This document shows, one piece after another, positions 47,143-56,587 of a stretch of DNA of 64,000 bases. A program made the translations under genes and the position numbers. The stretch comes from Fibrobacteria bacterium (GTDB lineage Bacteria; Fibrobacterota; Fibrobacteria; UBA11236; JADFYW01). The notes under the pieces are model-generated. The model saw only the letters and a program-made list of their open reading frames with translations, did no database searches and was not told where the DNA came from. Where the stretch lies: NCBI GenBank assembly GCA_015232855.1, contig JADFYW010000002.1, positions 5,490-69,489 of the forward strand, written 5' to 3'. Every line of letters starts with the position of its first letter. The first letter of the stretch is position 1.

Positions 47143-48552
47143 TCAACTCTTTTTGTAGTCTTCTTTTTTTAAGCCATACTTGGTGAGTAGCTTGTGCAAC
47201 TGTCGGGTGGTGATATCGGCTTGTTTTGCAGAAAGATTGATTTTACCTTTATTTTCTTCCAGAAGCATTTTTAGATAGTTACGTTCAACACTTTCCACTC
47301 CTTCTTTCCGGGCCAGGGCAAGAGGTTTGGAGGTATTCACGATAACTTTTGGCTCTTGAGATCTATCGGAGTCAAACAGTTCAACAGGGAAACTCTCCGG
47401 AGAAAGGACAGATGAATTCTCCAGAATATACGCACGTTCCATCAAGTTTTCCAGCTCTCTAATGTTCCCGGGCCAGAGGTAGTTTGAAAAAGCCTGGAGT
47501 ACCTGTGGGTGTACTTCCATAATATTCTTCAGTTCAATGTCATTCAAGCGTTGTAATATGTTGGTTACAAGAACAGGAATATCCTCAATACGTTTCCTCA
47601 GGGGAGTGACTTCAATAGGAAAGACATTTAAACGGTAGTAGAGATCTTTCCGGAAATCCCCACTATCTGCCAGGTTCTTGAGATCACTGTTAGTCGCAGA
47701 TACTATTCTTGCATCTGATAGTATATCCGTCTCTCCACCAACTCTTTGGAAACTTTTTTCCTGAAGAACTTTTAATAGTTTAATCTGGAGGGGTTTACTG
47801 ATTGTGCCTACTTCATCCAAAAATATTGTTCCGTTGTGGGCCAACTCAAATTTTCCAAGTTTCTTTCGAATGGCTCCTGTAAAAGAACCTTTTTCGTGGC
47901 CGAATAGCTCACTCTCAATGAGATTTTCGGGGATGGCTCCACAATGCAAGCTGATGTATGGTCCACCTTTCCGATGGCTGTATTTATGAATAAGCTGGGA
48001 CAATACACCCTTGCCTGTCCCGGTTTCTCCGTATAACAGCACTGTCGATTTAGTTGGGGCCACAGATTTTATTTTATTGAGGACAGCCTTCATGGCCGGA
48101 CTTCGAGTTTGAGTGACAGGCATGTCCTCTATATTCCAAAATTCATCTCTGAGATAATCAAGTTCACCCTGGGTTTTTTGGTTCTTGTAATCATCATCTA
48201 ATAAGAATTTTATTTCTTCAGATGTGATTGGATAATTGAGATAAACCTCTGCCCCTGCTCGCACCGCTAACACAGCCCGTTTTGTATTTTGAATAGGTGA
48301 AAGAATAACAAAAAGAGCAGACGGAAAACTAACGCGATAGTTATTTAAAAGAACCTGGTAATCTTCTAAAGGAATTTCTTTTCCATCATCGATAAAATCA
48401 ATCTCGAAAAATACCATATCAATATTGGGATTCCGAATTTTTTCAATATCAGAGCGGGAAATGACTTCGACAAGGTATCCACTGTTAAATCCCGCTTTAA
48501 TAGCTTGAATACATGAATCATTGCCAGAGGCTACAAGTATGTGCCTTTTCAT
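47143..48552 (-). CDS. sigma-54-dependent enhancer-binding protein (degenerate receiver + AAA+ sigma-54 interaction domain + Fis-type HTH)
   Basis: Walker A lies in VLLYGETGTGKGVL and the GAFTGA-loop variant in ESELFGHEKGSFTGA. Also present are FLDEVG, RIVSATN and RKDLYYRLNV. The C-terminal HTH reads ITTRQLHKLLTKYGL. Confidence 0.85.
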   Translation of the reverse strand: MKRHILVASGNDSCIQAIKAGFNSGYLVEVISRSDIEKIRNPNIDMVFFEIDFIDDGKEIPLEDYQVLLNNYRVSFPSALFVILSPIQNTKRAVLAVRAGAEVYLNYPITSEEIKFLLDDDYKNQKTQGELDYLRDEFWNIEDMPVTQTRSPAMKAVLNKIKSVAPTKSTVLLYGETGTGKGVLSQLIHKYSHRKGGPYISLHCGAIPENLIESELFGHEKGSFTGAIRKKLGKFELAHNGTIFLDEVGTISKPLQIKLLKVLQEKSFQRVGGETDILSDARIVSATNSDLKNLADSGDFRKDLYYRLNVFPIEVTPLRKRIEDIPVLVTNILQRLNDIELKNIMEVHPQVLQAFSNYLWPGNIRELENLMERAYILENSSVLSPESFPVELFDSDRSQEPKVIVNTSKPLALARKEGVESVERNYLKMLLEENKGKINLSAKQADITTRQLHKLLTKYGLKKEDYKKS

Positions 48553-48828
48553 CTTAAGTCCGTTCCGATCCCGACGAGAATGATGATTAGAAAAACATCG
48601 TGATTAATAAAGCCTGGCAAATTGTGATTCATTTTTTCAAAAGTATAGAAATTAGTTGTATGATTATACAGAACTGTTTAAAAACTTAAAACCTTGCATA
48701 AGGCGTTTATTGGACACATTAAACAAGAAATAGGAACTAAGGGTTCTGTACTCATCACAATAATAGAATTATAAATTCCGTTTTTTGGTGTAGTCTCAAA
48801 AAAATATGAAAAAATATGAAAAAAAAAT

Positions 48829-48844
48829 CGGCCTGTTATTTGCT
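48829..48844 (+). promoter_or_regulatory. weaker sigma-54-like element upstream of the hyper-acidic ORF
   Basis: CGGCCTgttatTTGCT with correct GG-N10-GC spacing. It is nearly identical in form to the 54105-54120 element. It is preceded by the perfect tandem AAAATATGAA x2 (48801-48820). Confidence 0.35.
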
Positions 48845-48891
48845 ATACAAAATAGATAGAGGTCGTTTTATTTAGATGAGTGAGGTGTTAT

Positions 48892-49074
48892 ATGTTTAAT
48901 AATATTGAAGACGACGAATTTGATGATTATGAGCCCATCCCGGAAGAGGATGAGTACGAATTCGACTCATTGGAAGAGGAAGAAGAAGAAGAAGAGGAAA
49001 ATGAGTATGAAGTAGGTGATTATCTAGAACGATATAATTTTGATGATCTCCCTGAGGAAGGTTGGGAAGAGTAA
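48892..49074 (+). CDS. hyper-acidic 60-aa protein (32 of 60 residues D/E, 10 aromatic, 1 basic)
   Basis: The ATG at 48892 follows GAGGTG (48883-48888); the track starts at GTG 48880. The sequence is MFNNIEDDEFDDYEPIPEEDEYEFDSLEEEEEEEEENEYEVGDYLERYNFDDLPEEGWEE. A -24/-12-like element lies 49 nt upstream, and a hairpin follows 21 nt after the stop. Confidence 0.45.
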   Translation: MFNNIEDDEFDDYEPIPEEDEYEFDSLEEEEEEEEENEYEVGDYLERYNFDDLPEEGWEE

Positions 49075-49094
49075 TTTAAATTTTTGGTTCCTCT

Positions 49095-49130
49095 GCAACT
49101 TCCCGACCTGGCTCGAAGTCAAGAAGTTGC
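49095..49130 (+). terminator. hairpin downstream of the hyper-acidic ORF
   Basis: GCAACTTC-20 nt-GAAGTTGC lies 21 nt after the stop. Its stem sequence is related to the groEL/clpB hairpin (GCAAGTTC...GAACTTGC). There is no U-run. Confidence 0.3.
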
Positions 49131-49218
49131 TATAAAACCTAATTTGTTTCCGAATAGCACGCTTACTATTCTTGATATTATTGTATCTTTATAGAGATGA
49201 TCAACAATATGTCAACGC

Positions 49219-49473
49219 TTAGGCTAACCTGTGGTCTTTAACGATGAACGTTACTTTACCCTTGTGAACCCTTGAAACACCTCGTAAAACCATTGAATTA
49301 TGAACAAGTTTCAGGATGTCTTTGAAATCAGGAGATACATGATCTAAGGGGTATTCTTCTTCAGTATTGGTATTTAAAACCGCCCCCAGAACATTCCCTG
49401 CCGAATCCCACTCCGATGGAACCAGGACTCCCTCTATCTCTATTTCCCGATTATTTGTATTAGTCTGTTTCAT
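49219..49473 (-). CDS. small cytoplasmic hypothetical protein, apparent paralog of the mature part of 49553-49933
   Basis: 84 aa. IEIEGVLVPSEWDSAGNVLGAVL...EEEYPL...MVLRGVSRVHKGKVTFIV follows the same pattern as the neighbouring gene (LEGVVEATEIDDDANVQGISL...TEYAV...VTVTGSVKEG..LLSV). Confidence 0.4.
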   Translation of the reverse strand: MKQTNTNNREIEIEGVLVPSEWDSAGNVLGAVLNTNTEEEYPLDHVSPDFKDILKLVHNSMVLRGVSRVHKGKVTFIVKDHRLA

Positions 49474-49489
49474 ACTAAAATCAGGTTAT

Positions 49490-49533
49490 CTTTATTTCTG
49501 CATCCAAATGACTTTTGGTATGCAGAAATAAAG
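49490..49533 (-). other. long near-perfect hairpin between the two small paralogous genes
   Basis: CTTTATTTCTGCAT+CCAAA / TTTGG+(t bulge)+ATGCAGAAATAAAG gives 19 bp with a 5-nt loop. It sits between the stop at 49553 and the start at 49473. Confidence 0.45.
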
Positions 49534-49552
49534 TGATATAAGATTGTTTTTT

Positions 49553-49933
49553 TTATAATTCCTCTTCAATTTCTTCTGTATTCATATCTTGAACCGGTTC
49601 CTCTGATTCCTGGGTTACTTTCTTAAAACTGATTACAGAAAGTAACGGAGTACCATCAACGCCTTCTTTGACGCTTCCAGTAACAGTTACAATTTCACCG
49701 GTTAACTCAAAAAGAGGCGCAGATTTACTATTCTTTACAACAGCGTACTCTGTGGTTATGGTTTCGCCATCTTTTTCTTCATAGACCATTAAAGAAATGC
49801 CTTGAACGTTGGCATCATCATCAATTTCGGTGGCTTCAACAACACCTTCCAATGTGACATTCTTTGGATTGGAGAAACCGATTGACACTCCGAAAAAAAG
49901 TGTGGCAACCATTATCCATGTAATATTTTTCAT
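49553..49933 (-). CDS. small secreted protein, OB-fold/BOF-like by pattern, with acidic C-terminal tail
   Basis: 126 aa. A strong SD (AGGAGG) lies 10 nt upstream of the ATG. It has a signal peptide (IMVATLFFGVSIGFS) and an acidic tail QESEEPVQDMNTEEIEEEL. Confidence 0.45.
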   Translation of the reverse strand: MKNITWIMVATLFFGVSIGFSNPKNVTLEGVVEATEIDDDANVQGISLMVYEEKDGETITTEYAVVKNSKSAPLFELTGEIVTVTGSVKEGVDGTPLLSVISFKKVTQESEEPVQDMNTEEIEEEL

Positions 49934-49976
49934 TTGAGTTGTACCTCCTGATTAAGTAATTGTTATATATTGCACT

Positions 49977-49992
49977 ATCAACTATCATGCCA
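49977..49992 (-). promoter_or_regulatory. weak sigma-54-like element upstream of the secreted OB-like gene (-12 GC replaced by GA)
   Basis: The minus strand reads TGGCATgatagTTGAT. The -24 half is perfect and the -12 half is imperfect. The ATG at 49933 lies ~45 nt downstream. Confidence 0.25.
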
Positions 49993-50187
49993 ATAACAAT
50001 ACGGTCTTTTTAATTGAATTTAGCCGTTGGGGTTAAAAAACCGGAATCTATAATTCTGCTTGGGTATTAATAAGAAACAGAAAATGAATTTTTAATTACG
50101 AACAGGAGAGTGTATTTCAAAGGTATTCGTTTTTCGGAGGCCCTTACTATCTTCTATAGGTTTGACGATTACGGGAATTAAATAAAT

Positions 50188-51630
50188 TTACTGCATTTTT
50201 GAAAGCATCTTATTAATATCCACAATAGCAATTCTGGAAGCATAATCCGACATTGCGTAGGGCAGGATAATCTTTCCATTAAATGCCATGCAACCGCATG
50301 AGTAAACTACGTTGGGCACATAACCCTCTCTTTCATTTTCGTTGGGCTCAAGCAAGGGATGTTTGAGTCTTCCAATAACTTTAGTCGGGTCTTTTTTATC
50401 CAACAAGACAGCCCCAAGACAGTATCTTCGCATGGGCCCCACACCGTGTGTTATTACAAGCCAACCGTCATCAATAAGGATTGGAGAACCACAGTTCCCA
50501 ACCTTTACCATTTCCCATGGGTAACTGGGCTTTAACAGAGGGATATGCTCTCTCCAAAATCTTATATCATCAGAGTAAATCAGATACATATTTTCTCCGT
50601 CCTGGCGGGCCAGAGACGCATATTTACCATCTATTTTTTCGGGAAAAAGTGCCATGCCTTTGTCGTTAATCGAATCCCCGTGAAGAGTAAACATTTTAAA
50701 ATGCAGGAAATCTTTTGTCTCAAGCAATTGGGGAAGGGTCTGTTGTCCACTCCAGGCCGTATACATTGCATAATAAGTTTTTTCGCCGGCTTCACTGGTA
50801 AATAATACAAAACGAGCGTCTTCTATTCCTTTTCTTTCACTGGGTGAATTAGGAAATATTACTCTGGCCGAAAGCGGCAGGTCATCATAAAATTCTATCT
50901 GGTAGTCAGATTGTACCAGCATTTTCATGGTATCCCTTGCTTGATTATTTTTTCGGGTTAACCTGGGATCTTCTTCATATACTTTTCTGACTGCTTTTTT
51001 TAAATCTGATGCCGTATACATTTTCGGAAGGTAGCTGGAAACTTTTTCGGTAAATTTATTTTCTATTTCCATTTCCAGCAATTTATCCTTTAGTCTTTTC
51101 TTGCTGTGTTCGGTGTCGATGAGTGGTTCCGGTGTTGTTACAAACTGGCAGGCTTTCTCCATAGTAATCGAATTATCTTTGTGAATTATACCGTCCCTAA
51201 AGGTGACAGAGGAAATATGTCCTTCTCCAATAGCCCTCAGACTCATAATAAAACGAAGTGAACCACTTGGCACATGATCCTGGTCGGGATGTGGAACAAT
51301 GGATGGATTAAACAGCGCAGCGGATTCAAGGGAAAATTCGCTGGTGAAATAAGCACCAATAAGCAACTGTCTTTCTTTGGAAGGTTTAATATCAGTCAGC
51401 ATATACTGCTCAATTTCCCGGTAATGACTCAGGATAATAGCTTCAGTATCAAAATGCCTATCAGAAAAGTGTCTCAACACGTTATGCAATTCTTGTGTCA
51501 CTTCCTTTTCTGTAAGTGACATAACTCTTGCTATTACTTTGGTATTTTCTTTCTTGTGATAAGGGAAAAAGGGACGGATTATTACGCGGCTCCTATCCGG
51601 TGAAATTTTTATTTTTGTCCGGTGTAACAA
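50188..51630 (-). CDS. GH130-like glycoside phosphorylase/hydrolase-fold protein with ~240-aa N-terminal extension
   Basis: The TTG start follows GGAGGA at 8 nt. The C-terminal half has GIEDARFVLF...YYAMYTAWSG, NDKGMALFPEKIDGKYASLARQ, IRFW and VVYSCG...ILPYAMSD, matching the GH130/COG2152 pattern as I recall it. Confidence 0.6.
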   Translation of the reverse strand: MLHRTKIKISPDRSRVIIRPFFPYHKKENTKVIARVMSLTEKEVTQELHNVLRHFSDRHFDTEAIILSHYREIEQYMLTDIKPSKERQLLIGAYFTSEFSLESAALFNPSIVPHPDQDHVPSGSLRFIMSLRAIGEGHISSVTFRDGIIHKDNSITMEKACQFVTTPEPLIDTEHSKKRLKDKLLEMEIENKFTEKVSSYLPKMYTASDLKKAVRKVYEEDPRLTRKNNQARDTMKMLVQSDYQIEFYDDLPLSARVIFPNSPSERKGIEDARFVLFTSEAGEKTYYAMYTAWSGQQTLPQLLETKDFLHFKMFTLHGDSINDKGMALFPEKIDGKYASLARQDGENMYLIYSDDIRFWREHIPLLKPSYPWEMVKVGNCGSPILIDDGWLVITHGVGPMRRYCLGAVLLDKKDPTKVIGRLKHPLLEPNENEREGYVPNVVYSCGCMAFNGKIILPYAMSDYASRIAIVDINKMLSKMQ

Positions 51631-51661
51631 AATTTTTCCTCCGTTTTATGTGTCTTTATTT

Positions 51662-53926
51662 CTATTCGACTCTTTGATACATGTTTTCACCAGCGCGAAT
51701 ATAATGCATTGCGATAAGTGACTGGAGCCAGGCAAGGGTCGATTCGGCACCCTGATTAAAGTTGGCGCCGTCCGGCGTCAGTCCATCGCAGCAACCATCC
51801 GTCTGATAATCGTATAACTGGACATTTAAATCATTCTGACCCAGGAACCAGTCAAAGCATTTTTGCGCAAAATCCTGATATTTGTTTTTTTTAGAAACAT
51901 AATAAGCCGCCATGCAGGCTTCCATCATTGTTTGAGATTCTACAGGCTGCTGATCAAAATGAGCCTTATAACCATCTTTTGTCATCCACCCCTTGTTGCC
52001 CACAGGTGAAAACATGTTGTGGCTCAATTGTTTTTCCATGAGCCAATCCAACGAAATAAGACCCTGATCAATTATACGCTTCTTTTTCATCATTTGTCCA
52101 GACAATAAAAGCGCATGGGGAATCTTACCGTTTGAATAACTTACGGTCTCTTCCAGCCAGGGCCAGTCGGCCTGGGACACCCCTTTAAAAAGAGAATCTA
52201 ATTTTTTTGCAAGGGTATATTGTATTCTTTTCACTTCGCTGTCTCCAGGATATTCACTAAGATACGCATGTATGCCAATCAAAGAAAAGGCGATTGATCT
52301 TGGGCTTGCCAACTCTTCTGTACATTTTAACGCCTGCCTGAAAAGCACCGCCCCCGCCTGTTGGCAGCCCTTGTTTTTTGATAGCAAATAATTAATTCCC
52401 AGTGCCCATATTGCCCTCCCATGGCAATCATCGGATCCCTCATCCTCCAACCAGTTTCTTTTGTAATCCATGAAGTTGCGGAACCGACCTGTAGCAGGAT
52501 TAAAGGCATGCTGGAGAAAAGACAAGTAACGATATTGTAAGGTCATCAAATCCAAATCATTGGTTAAAAAACGTTGGGCTGTCAAAGTAACTATTAGTGC
52601 CCTGGCATTGTCATCAGTGCAATAGCCATGTTCTCTGTCTGGTAACGAGAATCTGGAGTGCTGGAGAATACCGGTTTCATCGGTTAACCTTATCATATGA
52701 TTTAAGCGTAATTCCGGCAAACTTGCTTGTTTCTTTTCAAGGGTCCTGGGAAAGGAAACAGGCCTGGGACGCCCCATTCGTTCCAATTTAACTTCTTCAA
52801 AAACCCTGAGGTATTGCATGGCAACTTCACGCCATATTGCTTTTCTGCTATACAAGTAACCGCGCTTTCGCATAGCATGACGTTTTGTTTCATCGTCAAA
52901 TAGGTCAATTACCGCTTCTGCCATAGCTTTGGGATTATGAACGGGAACAATAACTCCACGGCCATCGGCCAGCATTTCATTAGCATACAAATAGGGAGTG
53001 GATACCACTGCTTTCCCTGCCCCAAGCGCATAGGCAAGCGTACCCGAAACCATCTGTGATTCTTGAAGATAGGGAGTTACATATACATCTGCTGAACCAA
53101 GGAATTCGCTGAGCTCTTTTAATTCCACAAATCGATTGTGGAATATAATATTTTCACTGACATTCAATTTTTTAGCCATTTGTTCCAGACTAATGCGATA
53201 AGACTCTCCATTTGCTCTTATGGTTGCCGGGTGTGTGGCGCCCAGCACCATATAAATGGCCTCTGGATATTTTTTAACAATATCCGGTAGTGCTTTAACC
53301 ATTTGCTCAATGCCTTTCCCTGGGGAAAGTAATCCAAAAGTCAGTATTACTTTTCGTCCTTCGACCCCGAACTGGTCTTTATAAAAACTGGGATCAACAA
53401 AAGGGATATCCGGTATGCCATGAGGAATAAAAACAATCTTTTCATCAGGAACTTCATATATATTTTTGAGTAATTTCCTGGCAGTTTCCGCCATGATAAC
53501 CACCCGGTCGCATTCTTTAATAATGTTTGTAAACATAGACCGTTGGGTAGGTTTAGGGTGGTTCAATACGGTATGCAGGGTCGCGATAACCGGCATACGG
53601 AGATCCTTGAGAAGATTCAGAACGTAACCACCATCATGACCTCCGAAAATCCCGAATTCATGCTGAAGGGAAACAACGTCCATTAAATTGGTATTGAGAA
53701 ACTCTGCTGACTGTGAATACTGGTTGATGGCGTTCTGATTTATCTCATAATGAACATTATCGGGGTAATCGTATCCATCCTCCTGGTCGTTTATTGCTGC
53801 AACCCAGCATTTTGCATCTGACACCGCTGAGATCGACTGTGCCAGGTCTGTGGTAAAGGTTGCTATGCCGCACTTACGGGGGAGGTAGTTACCAATGACT
53901 CCAATGTTGGTTATACTACTTGGCAT
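51662..53926 (-). CDS. GT4-family glycosyltransferase fused to a ~360-aa C-terminal domain (possibly alpha/alpha-toroid glycosidase-like)
   Basis: The N-terminal half has RKCGIATFTTDL and GLLSPGKGIEQMVKAL...VLGATHP plus a retaining GT-B E-x7-E-like region. The C-terminal half reads ETGILQHSRFSLPDREHGYCTDDNARALI...; its fold assignment is inference. Confidence 0.65.
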   Translation of the reverse strand: MPSSITNIGVIGNYLPRKCGIATFTTDLAQSISAVSDAKCWVAAINDQEDGYDYPDNVHYEINQNAINQYSQSAEFLNTNLMDVVSLQHEFGIFGGHDGGYVLNLLKDLRMPVIATLHTVLNHPKPTQRSMFTNIIKECDRVVIMAETARKLLKNIYEVPDEKIVFIPHGIPDIPFVDPSFYKDQFGVEGRKVILTFGLLSPGKGIEQMVKALPDIVKKYPEAIYMVLGATHPATIRANGESYRISLEQMAKKLNVSENIIFHNRFVELKELSEFLGSADVYVTPYLQESQMVSGTLAYALGAGKAVVSTPYLYANEMLADGRGVIVPVHNPKAMAEAVIDLFDDETKRHAMRKRGYLYSRKAIWREVAMQYLRVFEEVKLERMGRPRPVSFPRTLEKKQASLPELRLNHMIRLTDETGILQHSRFSLPDREHGYCTDDNARALIVTLTAQRFLTNDLDLMTLQYRYLSFLQHAFNPATGRFRNFMDYKRNWLEDEGSDDCHGRAIWALGINYLLSKNKGCQQAGAVLFRQALKCTEELASPRSIAFSLIGIHAYLSEYPGDSEVKRIQYTLAKKLDSLFKGVSQADWPWLEETVSYSNGKIPHALLLSGQMMKKKRIIDQGLISLDWLMEKQLSHNMFSPVGNKGWMTKDGYKAHFDQQPVESQTMMEACMAAYYVSKKNKYQDFAQKCFDWFLGQNDLNVQLYDYQTDGCCDGLTPDGANFNQGAESTLAWLQSLIAMHYIRAGENMYQRVE

Positions 53927-54104
53927 TACCTAATCTCCTTATGATGAAACTTCACCTTTTTTTAACCCGGTCTTTTTTTGCCCCGGTAACGGTGAGAACG
54001 TGTTTTAAATATTTGGTATCCCGTTTAATTCAATCTGTTTTTTTACCGATTGAAACTTGACAACTACCTCATTTTGAACAATGAATAAGTCTGTAACGGT
54101 TAAT

Positions 54105-54120
54105 AGCAAATAGTATGCCG
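54105..54120 (-). promoter_or_regulatory. sigma-54-like promoter facing the GT4/GH130-like operon (divergent from the groES promoter)
   Basis: The minus strand reads CGGCATactatTTGCT with correct spacing. The GT4 start (53926) lies ~180 nt downstream. Confidence 0.5.
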
Positions 54121-54254
54121 TGTATTTATTTCTTCTGAAACAACTCTGTCGTTTTAGCGTCATGAACCTATCTGCATAGAAATACCAACATTCTGACTTA
54201 TTTACTGAGCATAAAATTAATGCCTTAGAAATCAATAATTATTAAGACTCTTTT

Positions 54255-54289
54255 TTATCAAAATGAGAAGCCCTTTTTCATTTTGATAA
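54255..54289. promoter_or_regulatory. 12-bp-arm inverted repeat between the two divergent sigma-54 promoters (candidate enhancer/UAS)
   Basis: TTATCAAAATGA-gaagccctttt-TCATTTTGATAA with perfect arms. It lies ~100 nt from the groES -24 element and ~135 nt from the opposite -24 element. No gene ends here, so a terminator role is unlikely. Confidence 0.4.
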
Positions 54290-54385
54290 TATACGGTCTT
54301 ATTTCTGATGCCCTGTATTTTAAAAGGGACGTTGGATATCATACTATTTCCAGGTATATATTCATAATCCCGGCCGAACTTTTTG

Positions 54386-54401
54386 TGGCACGTGTTTTGC
54401 T
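54386..54401 (+). promoter_or_regulatory. sigma-54 (-24/-12) promoter upstream of groES-groEL
   Basis: TGGCACgtgttTTGCT. GG is at 54387-54388 and GC at 54399-54400 with exactly 10 nt between them. The groES ATG lies ~78 nt downstream. Confidence 0.75.
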
Positions 54402-54477
54402 CATGCTGATATAATAACTAAATGAAATATTGTTCAAATACCTTAATAAATTTCCAACCATAACAACGGAGAAAAAT

Positions 54478-56429
<1,952 letters not shown>

Positions 56430-56470
56430 TTAAATCAAACTACAAAGATATAATACATTGAAAAAGGAGA

Positions 56471-56506
56471 AGCAAGTTCTGTGACGAAGGCATTACAGAA
56501 CTTGCT
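56471..56506. terminator. hairpin between convergent groEL and clpB (candidate bidirectional terminator)
   Basis: AGCAAGTTCTGT-12 nt loop-ACAGAACTTGCT, a perfect 12-bp stem. The U-run (UCUCCUUUUUC) is present only in the clpB direction. Confidence 0.5.
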
Positions 56507-56587
56507 CTAAGTACTATATTCAGAAATAAATATCATATATATTGAATAGAGTACCAGAATAAAAAAACCGTTCTCCACCAAACTCCG

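Noticed and set aside
48973-48999. GAA/GAG trinucleotide run, considered as a microsatellite
   Set aside because: It lies in frame inside the acidic ORF, where it encodes the E9 run. It is reported under that ORF instead.
54005-54235. 76-aa minus-strand ORF in the groES/GT4 intergenic region
   Set aside because: It has no SD and an implausible sequence. It spans the predicted 54105-54120 promoter and its leader, so I treat the region as regulatory DNA.
54241-54249. TTAAGACTC resembling the left half of a CIRCE element (TTAGCACTC)
   Set aside because: The required right half (GAGTGCTAA after 9 nt) is absent; the sequence there is AAAATGAGA. It is therefore not a CIRCE operator.
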